Of a stretch of DNA of 28,883 nucleotides, positions 9,264-17,321 are shown piece after piece. The notes beneath the pieces are model-generated. The model was not told the origin of the DNA and searched no databases. It saw only the letters and a program-made list of their open reading frames with translations. Positions within the stretch are counted from its first letter, which is position 1. Each line of letters begins with the position of its first letter. The position numbers and the translations under genes were made by a program. This stretch comes from Chthonomonadales bacterium (lineage in GTDB: Bacteria > Armatimonadota > Chthonomonadetes > Chthonomonadales > Chthonomonadaceae). The DNA lies in assembly GCA_038217285.1 (NCBI GenBank), contig JBBQPO010000044.1, forward strand, positions 1 through 28,883, written 5' to 3'.

Positions 9264-10175
9264 TCAACGCTTGGTTTCGACGCGGATCTGTGTGCCATCG
9301 GAGAGACAGGTGACGCTGCCGTTCCGGTCGGTGCGATAGACTTTTGCGCCCGCTCCGTGCAGCCTGTCGAGCACTTCGGAGTGGGGATAGCCGGCTCCAT
9401 TGCCCGCATTCACGGAGATCACGGCGATGCGAGGATGGGCGGCCGCTAAAAACTCCGCCGAGGTGGAGGCCCGGCTGCCGTGGTGCCCCACATTGAGCAC
9501 GTCGCAGGCCAGATTCTGACCGTCGGCGAGCATCTCCCCTTCGGAGTCGGCCTCCGCATCCCCGGTCAGCAAAAAGGCCGTCTTCCCGTACTCCAGACGC
9601 AGCACGATGCTGGTGTTGTTGATCCTGCCGGCGGCGGTGGCTGTACGGGGAGGCGCGAGGGCGCGCAGTGTAACGCCCTCTCCCAACGAGATCACCGTTC
9701 CCCGCGCGGCGAGATGCAGGGGCACCCCCCGATCCTGCGCCGCCTGGCGATAGCGCCGGACCTCCGCCGAATCGGCGTCGATGCCGTTGTCGAACAGGAC
9801 GCCGACCGGAAACTGCGTGAGCAGCGTGGCCGCGCCGGAGACATGGTCCGGATGCGGATGCGTCAGCAGAAGGACGGAGATCCGCTCTCTGTCGTGGGCG
9901 CGCAGATAGGGGGCGATCGTCCGACTTCCGTGGTCCGCGCCGTTCGCGAGTTTCCCGCCCGTATCGACGACCACGACCTTCCCCGAAGGCGTTTCGATCA
10001 CGGTCGCGTCGCCTTTGCCTACATCGAGAAAGGTGACCCGAAGCCCGCGCTGCGGAGACTCCAGGGCATGCTGCCGGAAGGCAAAGGGCAGCGTAACCGC
10101 CAGCAGCGCCGCCAGTCCCAACATCTCCAGCATTCTGACCACAGCATGTGTTCGCATCGTTTTATCCTGTTGCAT
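9264..10175 (-). CDS. ComEC/Rec2 C-terminal-like MBL-fold hydrolase with N-terminal membrane anchor
   Basis: VTFLDVGKGDA, VVDTG, LTHPHPDHVSG, NNTSIVLRL, LLTGDAE, VGHHGSRAS, VYRTDRNG; lacks the multi-TM competence domain; AAGGAG RBS before ATG 10175. Confidence 0.88.
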   Translation of the reverse strand: MQQDKTMRTHAVVRMLEMLGLAALLAVTLPFAFRQHALESPQRGLRVTFLDVGKGDATVIETPSGKVVVVDTGGKLANGADHGSRTIAPYLRAHDRERISVLLLTHPHPDHVSGAATLLTQFPVGVLFDNGIDADSAEVRRYRQAAQDRGVPLHLAARGTVISLGEGVTLRALAPPRTATAAGRINNTSIVLRLEYGKTAFLLTGDAEADSEGEMLADGQNLACDVLNVGHHGSRASTSAEFLAAAHPRIAVISVNAGNGAGYPHSEVLDRLHGAGAKVYRTDRNGSVTCLSDGTQIRVETKR

Positions 10176-10239
10176 CGCTGCGCACTCCTTCCTGCTACTT
10201 ATTTCCCTCGAAGGTCTCTGCCTCGCGGAATCGTAAGGC

Positions 10240-11013
10240 TCAGAACGCCTGGTGTTCCCCGAAGAGTTCATGCTGATCAAACGGTCTGCGGGTGTTCTCG
10301 AAACGCTGCCACTTCGCGTGGCCGTCCGCATAGATATAGTTGCTGCCGCCGGTATGCCGCTTGCTCGCCAACGCGACCGGGTTGATCATATCGTTGCTGT
10401 CGGCAGGGAGTTCTACTTCGCTGAGCCAGGGATGATAGTGCACGTCGCAGAAGTCCGTATTCTTGTTCCCCTCGCTGCGCCGCTCGACCACATAGATGGA
10501 CTGCGCCGGGGTAGGGATCTGGGCGAGGATCGCGCCGAAGAGATAGTAGGCGTTGATGACATAGCTGCTCAGCGGGCCGGGCGGCGGCGCTGCGTTACTC
10601 AGGCAGTTGCCGCTGCTGTCTAAGATCGCTTTGCCGTGCGGGTCGGGGTCCGACGCGCAGATGAAGAGCTGGGTGCGGCTGCTGTCTTTGCTCGCGACAT
10701 AGGGCAGGATCTTGTCGAACGGGGAGCCGTAGTCTTCGGCCTCCAGTTGGGCGGTGCTGTCATCGACGACCGGGTTGCCGGTCGCGGGATGCTCCTGCGG
10801 GTATTTCTCGTCGTAGTCCTGGATGTACATGAAGAGCGCCGTTCCGATCTGTCGATTGTTGGACAGGCAGGCGGTGGAGCGCGCTTTCTCCCGTGCCTGC
10901 GCGAAGACAGGAAACAGGATCGCGGCGAGAATCGCGATAATGGCGATGACGACGAGCAGTTCGATCAGTGTGAAGGCGCGTGCAGAGACGCGCCACTGCA
11001 TGGGATTTTGCAT
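10240..11013 (-). CDS. Prepilin-type N-terminal cleavage / DUF1559 protein with H-X9-DG C-terminal motif
   Basis: [33 protein letters not shown]...CLSN...[33 protein letters not shown]. Confidence 0.92.
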   Translation of the reverse strand: MQNPMQWRVSARAFTLIELLVVIAIIAILAAILFPVFAQAREKARSTACLSNNRQIGTALFMYIQDYDEKYPQEHPATGNPVVDDSTAQLEAEDYGSPFDKILPYVASKDSSRTQLFICASDPDPHGKAILDSSGNCLSNAAPPPGPLSSYVINAYYLFGAILAQIPTPAQSIYVVERRSEGNKNTDFCDVHYHPWLSEVELPADSNDMINPVALASKRHTGGSNYIYADGHAKWQRFENTRRPFDQHELFGEHQAF

Positions 11014-11067
11014 GAACAGGGAAACCTCCGGTAATGAAAGTGGTGAAGAACGTTGGAAAACGAACGC

Positions 11068-11478
11068 TCAACGCACACAGGGAGGTTTGTCCGGAGGAGA
11101 GAGCGCCGCGCGGCGGACGGCGGGGCAGAGAGAGATACAGCGGGACGCGGCCATCGGCGGGGCCGGAAGAGGCATGACGGCGACTGGCAGAACGGCGAGG
11201 AAGCTCTTATCAGGAGCCGGGGCGATGGAGACCGGGGCGCTGCTGCACCGGCAGTTCCCGCACGAGGCCAGACCGGACTGCGCGCGTGCGCCATTCTGGG
11301 GACAGTCCGCCATATGGCACTTCCCCGGAAGGCAGCAGCAGGCAGGCCGTACAGGCGACACGATGGGGGCCGCCTGCGCCCGGGCAAAAAGCGCCGGCAG
11401 CGCACCGGCATCCAGGCCCGCCAGCAGGCAAACGCATATCCACACCACAAGCCACCGTCGCATACTCGTATCGTACAT
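11068..11478 (-). CDS. Small Cys-rich exported or leader protein ending in PPDKPP (DUF2946/CutF-like architecture)
   Basis: Signal-like N-terminus MRRWLVVWICVCLLAG; CCCxxxxCHMxDC; CGNCRC; Pro-rich C-terminus; co-oriented upstream of the DUF1559 gene. Start may be 11463. Confidence 0.62.
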   Translation of the reverse strand: MYDTSMRRWLVVWICVCLLAGLDAGALPALFARAQAAPIVSPVRPACCCLPGKCHMADCPQNGARAQSGLASCGNCRCSSAPVSIAPAPDKSFLAVLPVAVMPLPAPPMAASRCISLCPAVRRAALSPPDKPPCVR

Positions 11479-11578
11479 CCTTGCCTTTGAGAGGATGCCT
11501 CCTGTGGGACACCCGACAGAGGCAGATCCTCACCTCGTAGAAATGGAGGCAAAAGGGCTATTTCTGACATGAATTATA
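11479..11578 (-). promoter_or_regulatory. TATAAT -10 element followed by a strongly structured 5' leader
   Basis: TATAAT at 11573-11578 (minus); long hairpin 11491-11531; outer pairing TTGCCT/AGGCAA next to the AAGGA RBS. Confidence 0.45.
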
Positions 11579-11637
11579 CCCTCCGGTGAGCCAGACATTC
11601 TCAATCGGGATCGGTTCATGTCAAAGAGGAATATACG

Positions 11638-11991
11638 CTACCGCTTGCCTGCGAGGCTCAGAGCGCCTTCTGATGTCAATCCGAGTTCGGTTTGCATGGA
11701 AACCATCCGATTGCGCCCCATTTTTTTCGCCTGATAAAGATTTTGGTCGGCTGCTGTGATCAACTGTTGGACCGTCATGCCGATGTCCTGGAACGAGACG
11801 ACAATGCCACCGCTGATGCTGACATAGCCCGATCCAGTAGAATGCGCGTGAGGAATTCTCAATCGCGCTACCGCCTCTCTCGCTGCTTCGGCGATCTGAA
11901 GCGCCCCGCTTAACTCGGTATCGGGAAGGATCATCGCAAATTCCTCGCCTCCATAGCGCGCAACCATATCGGCGGAACGGTGGCAGCAGGA
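11638..11991 (-). pseudogene. Diguanylate cyclase (GGDEF) C-terminal fragment
   Basis: SCCHRSADMVARYGGEEFAMILP...AADQNLYQAKKMGRNR; in-frame TGA at 11992-11994 immediately upstream; N-terminal half of the domain is missing. Confidence 0.82.
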
Positions 11992-12143
11992 TCATGAAGA
12001 GTCAGCCAGAAGTGTCGGGTTGCTTCTGAACCACCAACGGGGCCAAGCATTTTTGTCTGATGCATGCTGCTTGTACAAGGGATACAATAGAGGAAACTGG
12101 CTCTCCCCTAGGGAATCTGTCCAAAACCCGTGAGGAGATCCCA

Positions 12144-12926
12144 ATGCGTTTTCTAATTGCTTTCCTAATACTGCTTCCGCTAAGTGTTTCCGCCAGCACT
12201 GCCCAGACTGGGCCAGAACGGCCTCCCCTCCTGAAAGGAGTGCATCGCATCGTCTGTCTGGGGGACAGTATCACGCAGGGTGGAGAAGGGCCGGGCGGCT
12301 ATGTCTGGCTGGTGCGCCACTATCTCAGCTCCCTCTATCCGCAGCAGACTATCGAGGTGGTCAATGCAGGGATCTCGGGCCACAAATCGACGGACATGCT
12401 GGCGCGCTATCAGCGCGACGTTCTGGACAAGAAGCCCGACCTTGTCACCATCAGTGTCGGCGTCAACGATGTCTGGCACGGCTTCTACGACAATCATCCC
12501 GAAGGCGACGGTCCAAGGGGTATTCCCCTCCCCGAATATCGGCAGCATGTCGAGGACATGATCGTGCAGGCGGAGAAGATCGGGGCGAAAGTCGTGGTTC
12601 TCACCACGACCGTGATCCATGAAGACGCCGATAACAAAGAAAACGCCAAACTCAAGCTCTACAATGCCGCGCTTCGCGATCTGGCGAAAAAGCATCATGC
12701 CACGTTCGTCAACTACCAGAAGCCGTTCTGGGCGCTCATCAACGCGTACCAGAAAGAGACAGGCGGGCACGATCTGCTGCTGACCGTGGACGGCGTCCAC
12801 ATGAACGCCACCGGCAACCGGGTCATGGCCCACACCCTTCTGACAGGGCTCGGCATCACGCCGGCAGCACAGGCCGCCGTTCAGGGAGCCGTCGAGGCCG
12901 ATCAGCGCAGCAACAAACAGCCCTGA
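12144..12926 (+). CDS. Secreted SGNH/GDSL hydrolase
   Basis: Signal peptide, LGDSIT, NAGISG, VGVND, DGVH; GAGGAG RBS before ATG 12144. Confidence 0.92.
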   Translation: MRFLIAFLILLPLSVSASTAQTGPERPPLLKGVHRIVCLGDSITQGGEGPGGYVWLVRHYLSSLYPQQTIEVVNAGISGHKSTDMLARYQRDVLDKKPDLVTISVGVNDVWHGFYDNHPEGDGPRGIPLPEYRQHVEDMIVQAEKIGAKVVVLTTTVIHEDADNKENAKLKLYNAALRDLAKKHHATFVNYQKPFWALINAYQKETGGHDLLLTVDGVHMNATGNRVMAHTLLTGLGITPAAQAAVQGAVEADQRSNKQP

Positions 12927-13039
12927 TCTCCTCTTTGGGCCAGCCTGCTTTTCGGCAACATGAATGATACCGTTGCCCGTATGATAGATCCTGCGGCAGA
13001 TAATTTCATCGCAGGCTGTGAGAAGGTGAGGATAGAGAG

Positions 13040-13288
13040 TTGGGGGAAGCAGTCGGTGTGGTCATGGACGTGTGGTTCGTCGGGCAAGGCGAACCACGAC
13101 GGTATACGTTCAAGACAGAGGATTTCAAACGGTTTGAGATCGCCAACCGCGAATGGATGGGATCTTCTCGTGCGGGCGCCGAATTCGGCCTGGATGAGAA
13201 CGGCAAAATGATCTTCATGCGGCTGGACCAGATCGTTCGCCGGGAGATCATCAGTGTCACCGAAGCGAAACCCATGCGGAATTTTTAG
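13040..13288 (+). CDS. Small hypothetical protein (beta-rich)
   Basis: 82-aa ORF with protein-like composition; GAGGA upstream; start uncertain. Confidence 0.45.
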   Translation: MGEAVGVVMDVWFVGQGEPRRYTFKTEDFKRFEIANREWMGSSRAGAEFGLDENGKMIFMRLDQIVRREIISVTEAKPMRNF

Positions 13289-13423
13289 TGCCGGAAAGGG
13301 CGCAACGTTATGAGACAGACCGCTTCCTCCTTACCTACGCCTACGTCGAGAAGCACGGCTATCCCAAACGAAAAGCAGCCAGATCACCGGTAGATCCGAC
13401 TGCTCCGCAGTCTCGATGAAAGC

Positions 13424-13699
13424 TTAGGGGATCTGGGCGGCCGGCTCGTAGATCTTGTTGTCGATCGCGGTCACGTTCGTGATCGGCAGGCCGGGCGTGG
13501 TCTGCGTCATGTCCAGCAGTTTGATGATGCGAATGGCGGCCGTCGGGACAAGGATCATCTCCCCGTTGTCCTTGACCAGTTGGACCCACACATCGGAGAT
13601 GTGGAGCACGGTGCCGGGGTCGGTACGCTCCTCACTGCCCTGCAGCGTGATGATCGTGACACGTTGTCCGATGAAACTGTTCAGCCAAGTCTCTTCCAT
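13424..13699 (-). CDS. Small protein with probable Sm/Hfq-like fold
   Basis: GAGGAG RBS before ATG 13699; WLNSFIGQRVTIITLQG...GTVLHISDVWVQLVKDNGEMILVPTAAIRII fits the Sm1/Sm2 strand pattern. Confidence 0.68.
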   Translation of the reverse strand: MEETWLNSFIGQRVTIITLQGSEERTDPGTVLHISDVWVQLVKDNGEMILVPTAAIRIIKLLDMTQTTPGLPITNVTAIDNKIYEPAAQIP

Positions 13700-13849
13700 T
13701 GTCTGCTCCTCGCCTGTCGCCGTGAAGGTGACCTTCCCAGTGTAATTGAAATTAATGAGAGCCCTGAACTCCGAAATCATGCCGCCTTCTGCGCCTTTGC
13801 GCAAGGGGCGGTGAGGCAGTTTGCCTTGCTGGCTCTCCTACGTTGGAAT

Positions 13850-13875
13850 AACGTGCGAGGCGGGCGAGTTGTTCC
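13850..13875 (-). promoter_or_regulatory. Putative ECF-type promoter for the Sm-like gene
   Basis: GGAAC-N17-CGTT on the minus strand. Confidence 0.5.
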
Positions 13876-13910
13876 GCAAATGCCGTCTTCTTCTCTCCCG
13901 CGAATATTCG

Positions 13911-13936
13911 GGAACCTCGCTTGGTTGAGCGCCGTC
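13911..13936 (+). promoter_or_regulatory. Putative ECF-type promoter for the general stress gene
   Basis: GGAAC-N17-CGTC on the plus strand. Confidence 0.5.
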
Positions 13937-14030
13937 CATTCGGCATGAGCGTCACGACGTTGTCAGGCGATTTCCGAGCACGGAGGTGGCCTGTACGTCC
14001 TGGCCGAACTCCCAAGGAGAGAAAACCATC

Positions 14031-14933
14031 ATGGCACATACAATCTACGCGACCTTCCCGAGCGAACACGACGCCGAAAAAGCGGCGGGAGCCCTTCTGG
14101 ATCATGGGATCGCCACACAGGACATCAGCTTTATTCTGCCGCACTCCACGCTGCCGACTCCCGTCGATGCGGCGGGGCACCCGATCCCGCATCAGGCGCC
14201 GCTGACGCACGCCGTCGATGCGGTTCCCCCCATGCAGGTTCCCCTGCCCGGTCAGGTGGCCCTCGCGAACGCAGCGGCGATGGCCGTACCGCCGGTTCCC
14301 CATGTGCCCGAGGTCCCGCTGACCTACCGCGAGGTGCGAACCGGAGAGACCGTTCGCCCCGGCTATCGCTACGATGCGCTCGGCGCAGTGGTACCGGACT
14401 CGGGTGGCCTCAACGCCGTCTCGTCTGTGCCGCCGCTGGCTCCGAATACGCCGCCTCCGGCTGCGGAGATCGCGGCCCTGCCTGCGAACACTTCCCAGGA
14501 CACGCTCCTCTACGAGCACCGTCCTCACGTCATCGATATGAACCGCGATGAGCCGACCGCTGTCTCTGGCATTACGACCACGACCCGCGCGGATGCCGCC
14601 AAGGGAGCGCTCGGCGGAGCAGGGATTGGCGTCGGACTGGGCATCCTGCTCGGTATGGTCGCCGTCGCCGTGCCCGGCATCGGCTGGGTGGCCGGGGCGG
14701 GCATGCTGGTGGCCGGCCTCGCGGCGGCGACCGGGGCGGCGGGCAGCATCGCGGGTGGCGTCTTCGGCTATCTGACCGATCTGGGCGTGCCCGAAGACAA
14801 AGCGCGCCTGCTGCACACGCATCTGGAAGCTGGCTCGCCCGTGCTCAGCATCAATGTCACCGGTAAGCTGACCGAGTTCGAGATCGAGGAACTGCTGCGT
14901 AAATACGGGGCGACCGCCGCCGAAGCGTTCTGA
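14031..14933 (+). CDS. General stress protein-like (YflT/17M-type) membrane protein with glycine zipper and Pro-rich insert
   Basis: IYATFPSEHDAEKAAGALLDHGIATQDIS; GALGGAGIGVGLG...VPGIGWVAGAG...GGVFGYLTDLGVPED; AAGGAG RBS. Confidence 0.75.
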   Translation: MAHTIYATFPSEHDAEKAAGALLDHGIATQDISFILPHSTLPTPVDAAGHPIPHQAPLTHAVDAVPPMQVPLPGQVALANAAAMAVPPVPHVPEVPLTYREVRTGETVRPGYRYDALGAVVPDSGGLNAVSSVPPLAPNTPPPAAEIAALPANTSQDTLLYEHRPHVIDMNRDEPTAVSGITTTTRADAAKGALGGAGIGVGLGILLGMVAVAVPGIGWVAGAGMLVAGLAAATGAAGSIAGGVFGYLTDLGVPEDKARLLHTHLEAGSPVLSINVTGKLTEFEIEELLRKYGATAAEAF

Positions 14934-14951
14934 TCAGGGGAAAATCGTTCT

Positions 14952-15968
14952 ATGAATCGTGCTGCACGTTTTGCACTGCTGGCGGGGGCCGCATTCGCCG
15001 TCCCCGCCGCCATCAATCTTGCCATCGCTATGCGCCGCCGCCCCCTGGAGCCCGCGTTGCCGGGCGATAGCGGCGAGTACGCCTGGCCGCTGGGCTCTCT
15101 CTCCTATCAGGTGCGCGGGGAGGGCAGGCCGCTTGTGCTGGTACACGGCGTCGGGGCAGGCGAATCCTCGTACGAGTGGCGCCACAACTTCGACGCGCTC
15201 TCCGAGCATTTCCGCGTCTATGCCGTCGATCTGCCTGGCTTCGGCCGGTCTGCACGGCGCGATGTCGCCTACACCGCCGACATCTATATCACCGCGCTGC
15301 TCGACTTCCTGCGAGACGTGGTGCAGGAGCCCGCCTCTCTGCTGACCAGTTCATTGAGCGGAGCCTACGCTGTGAAGCTCGCCGCGCTGCGCCCGGAGTT
15401 GATCGAACGGCTGGTGCTGGTCTGCCCGACCGGTCTGGAGCGGCTGCTGCGGCCCTGGCCCCTGCTCAGTCCGCTGGCCTACGGCGCATTCAATATTCCC
15501 GCCTATGGCGAGAGTATCTACAACGGCATCGCGTCCCGCGGCTACATCGAGTCGTATATGCGCCAGAATCTCTATGTCGATCCGGCTCGCGTCACGCCTA
15601 CGCTGGTCGATCACTACTACCGGTCGGCGCATCAACCCGGCGGCCAGTATGCGCTGCGCTCCTTCCTCTCCGGCCTGCTGACCTGCGACATCAACCAGAC
15701 CTATCCAGAGATCGAGCAGCCGCTGCTGATCGTGTGGGGACGCCAGGCCAAAGAGACGCCCGTCGAGGACGCCCGCGCCTTCTACGAGCGCAACCCCAAC
15801 GCCCACCTGCGGATCTTCGAGCAGAGCGGTCTGCTGCCCCACGACGAAGAGGCACCGGCCTTCAATTCCGCCGTCACCAAGTTCCTGGTAACCGCCGCCC
15901 TGCCCGCCCGCTTGCCCGCTTATTTCGCCTCCGAAGACGTCTCCGACGCGCCCCTGCTCTCCACTTGA
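14952..15968 (+). CDS. Alpha/beta fold hydrolase with N-terminal anchor
   Basis: LVLVHGVGAG, VYAVDLPGFGRS, LTSSLSG elbow, LIVWGRQA, LLPHDEE. Confidence 0.88.
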   Translation: MNRAARFALLAGAAFAVPAAINLAIAMRRRPLEPALPGDSGEYAWPLGSLSYQVRGEGRPLVLVHGVGAGESSYEWRHNFDALSEHFRVYAVDLPGFGRSARRDVAYTADIYITALLDFLRDVVQEPASLLTSSLSGAYAVKLAALRPELIERLVLVCPTGLERLLRPWPLLSPLAYGAFNIPAYGESIYNGIASRGYIESYMRQNLYVDPARVTPTLVDHYYRSAHQPGGQYALRSFLSGLLTCDINQTYPEIEQPLLIVWGRQAKETPVEDARAFYERNPNAHLRIFEQSGLLPHDEEAPAFNSAVTKFLVTAALPARLPAYFASEDVSDAPLLST

Positions 15969-15976
15969 GCAGGGGC
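15950..15976. terminator. 10-bp perfect hairpin spanning the stop codon between convergent genes
   Basis: GCCCCTGCTC-TCCACTT-GAGCAGGGGC; no U-tract. Confidence 0.45.
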
Positions 15977-16039
15977 CGGGGGTGGACAACGAAGTGCAGT
16001 CCGGAGATTGTAATCGATGTGTGGAGGCAGGGTAAGGAG

Positions 16040-16600
16040 TTACGATGCGTTGTGTGCCGACGCGAGGATGACAGCGATAACTCCCCAGGCTACCAGGATC
16101 AGGTAGCCAAAGCCGAAAAAGCCACCGACCAGGATTGCGACCCAAGCGTGGGCCTTGCCCTTGATCGCCGGGTTCCGATTCGCCTCTTTCAGACCCTGTA
16201 TTCCGAGTACGAACGCCGCAATGCCCAGTAGCAGACCCAGCAGAGGGATGAAGGAAAAGACAGCCAGATAGTAGCCGGTCAGCGCTTTGGGGTTGCGCGT
16301 CGGGATCAGGGTTTCTATGATGGACGGAGCGGGTGCGTAGGGTGCCGGGCAAGCTCCGGGATAGGGAACCGGCGTCTGTTCCGAATAGCCGGGAGGCATG
16401 GAAGGCATCTGCGGCGGAGCAGGGTAGGTGGAGGGGGGTTGTAATGGATCGACCGGAGCAGGGGCCGCCTCGTCTTCAGGCAGAGGGGGGAGTGGAGGAA
16501 GCTCGGGGACGGGTCCTGTGCCCGAACGCAATGAGAACCCACAGTGGACGCACTGTGGGCCAGCGGGCGTATTCTCTGTCTTACAGTTCGGGCAGATCAT
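16040..16600 (-). CDS. Zinc-ribbon + Pro-rich linker + DUF4190-like two-TM membrane protein
   Basis: MICPNC...CVHCG; Pro-rich linker; NPKALTGYYLAVFSFIP...LGIQGL...KGKAHAWVAI; AGGAG RBS. Confidence 0.82.
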   Translation of the reverse strand: MICPNCKTENTPAGPQCVHCGFSLRSGTGPVPELPPLPPLPEDEAAPAPVDPLQPPSTYPAPPQMPSMPPGYSEQTPVPYPGACPAPYAPAPSIIETLIPTRNPKALTGYYLAVFSFIPLLGLLLGIAAFVLGIQGLKEANRNPAIKGKAHAWVAILVGGFFGFGYLILVAWGVIAVILASAHNAS

Positions 16601-16817
16601 CCTTATTCTCCTGTATCTGTATGGCTGTTCGACTTGAAGGATCCCCATTCCTGCTCTCGATCAGGATGGTAGGGGATATCTTTCCTCCAAGGATAAATGG
16701 CCGTGAATTCCACGTAATGAAGATCCGTCTTGCTACCTGACCCACTCCAGTAGGGTAACATGTCTGTGTCCGGTTCAAAACAACCATTGAACAACGGAGG
16801 AGATTGGAGGACAATCA

Positions 16818-17108
16818 TTGTCTAATGCAAAGAAGCGGGCAGGAGTTGCTATCCTGGCGTTCTTCGTCCTGGCAGGCTGCCACCATACGACGGCATCTAC
16901 ATCTACCGCAGTCCCGGCGGCTTCGGACGTTACGGAATTCGACTCCGCCGTGCGCGACGGGGATACCGCCATCATCGGTCGTCTGATAAAAGCGAAGCCG
17001 GAGATGATCAACGCGAAAGACGAAAATGGCAAAACGCCTCTGACCATCGCGACGGAAAAGGGCGATAGGGAGATGATCGTCTACCTTCGTGATCGTGGCG
17101 CTCACTAA
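16818..17108 (+). CDS. Small lipoprotein with ankyrin repeats
   Basis: KKR + hydrophobic stretch + LAGC lipobox; INAKDENGKTPLTIATEKGDREMIVYLRDRGA; GGAGG RBS. Confidence 0.8.
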   Translation: MSNAKKRAGVAILAFFVLAGCHHTTASTSTAVPAASDVTEFDSAVRDGDTAIIGRLIKAKPEMINAKDENGKTPLTIATEKGDREMIVYLRDRGAH

Positions 17109-17233
17109 TCTTACAACGACGCGTTTCTTACGCCCATCTCGAACAGTGGCCGTTGATGCCTGTTTCGAGACCGTCGAGGATAGTTACCCAATCTCGACAG
17201 AATGACTGCTTGCTGTAAGCCGTCGTTGTAAGA
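17109..17233. mobile_element. Putative MITE, 125 bp, 13-bp perfect TIRs, 4-bp CTAA target duplication
   Basis: CTAA|TCTTACAACGACG ... CGTCGTTGTAAGA|CTAA; non-coding interior with two hairpins. Confidence 0.68.
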
Positions 17234-17321
17234 CTAAGCGGCCATCCGCTGAAGGTTCGTAATTTCTACGAGGCCAGCGAGATCAGCGCGCGCGAAATTT
17301 CTACGAGCGTTGACCGGACGG

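Noticed and set aside
9264-11013. Natural competence locus (pilin + comEC)
   Set aside because: The MBL protein lacks the membrane competence domain, and DUF1559 proteins are a broad family not shown to be competence pilins.
17105-17237. Retron msr-msd interpretation of the long inverted repeat with internal hairpins
   Set aside because: No reverse transcriptase in the window; the flanking CTAA duplication fits an insertion better.
17261-17307. AATTTCTACGAG repeated twice around a 23-nt spacer, resembling a Cas12a repeat handle; ATTTCTACGAGG also occurs at 11533-11544 (minus)
   Set aside because: Only two 12-bp copies, no GTAGA arm to close the hairpin and no cas gene; more likely decay of the ISL3 tail or chance.
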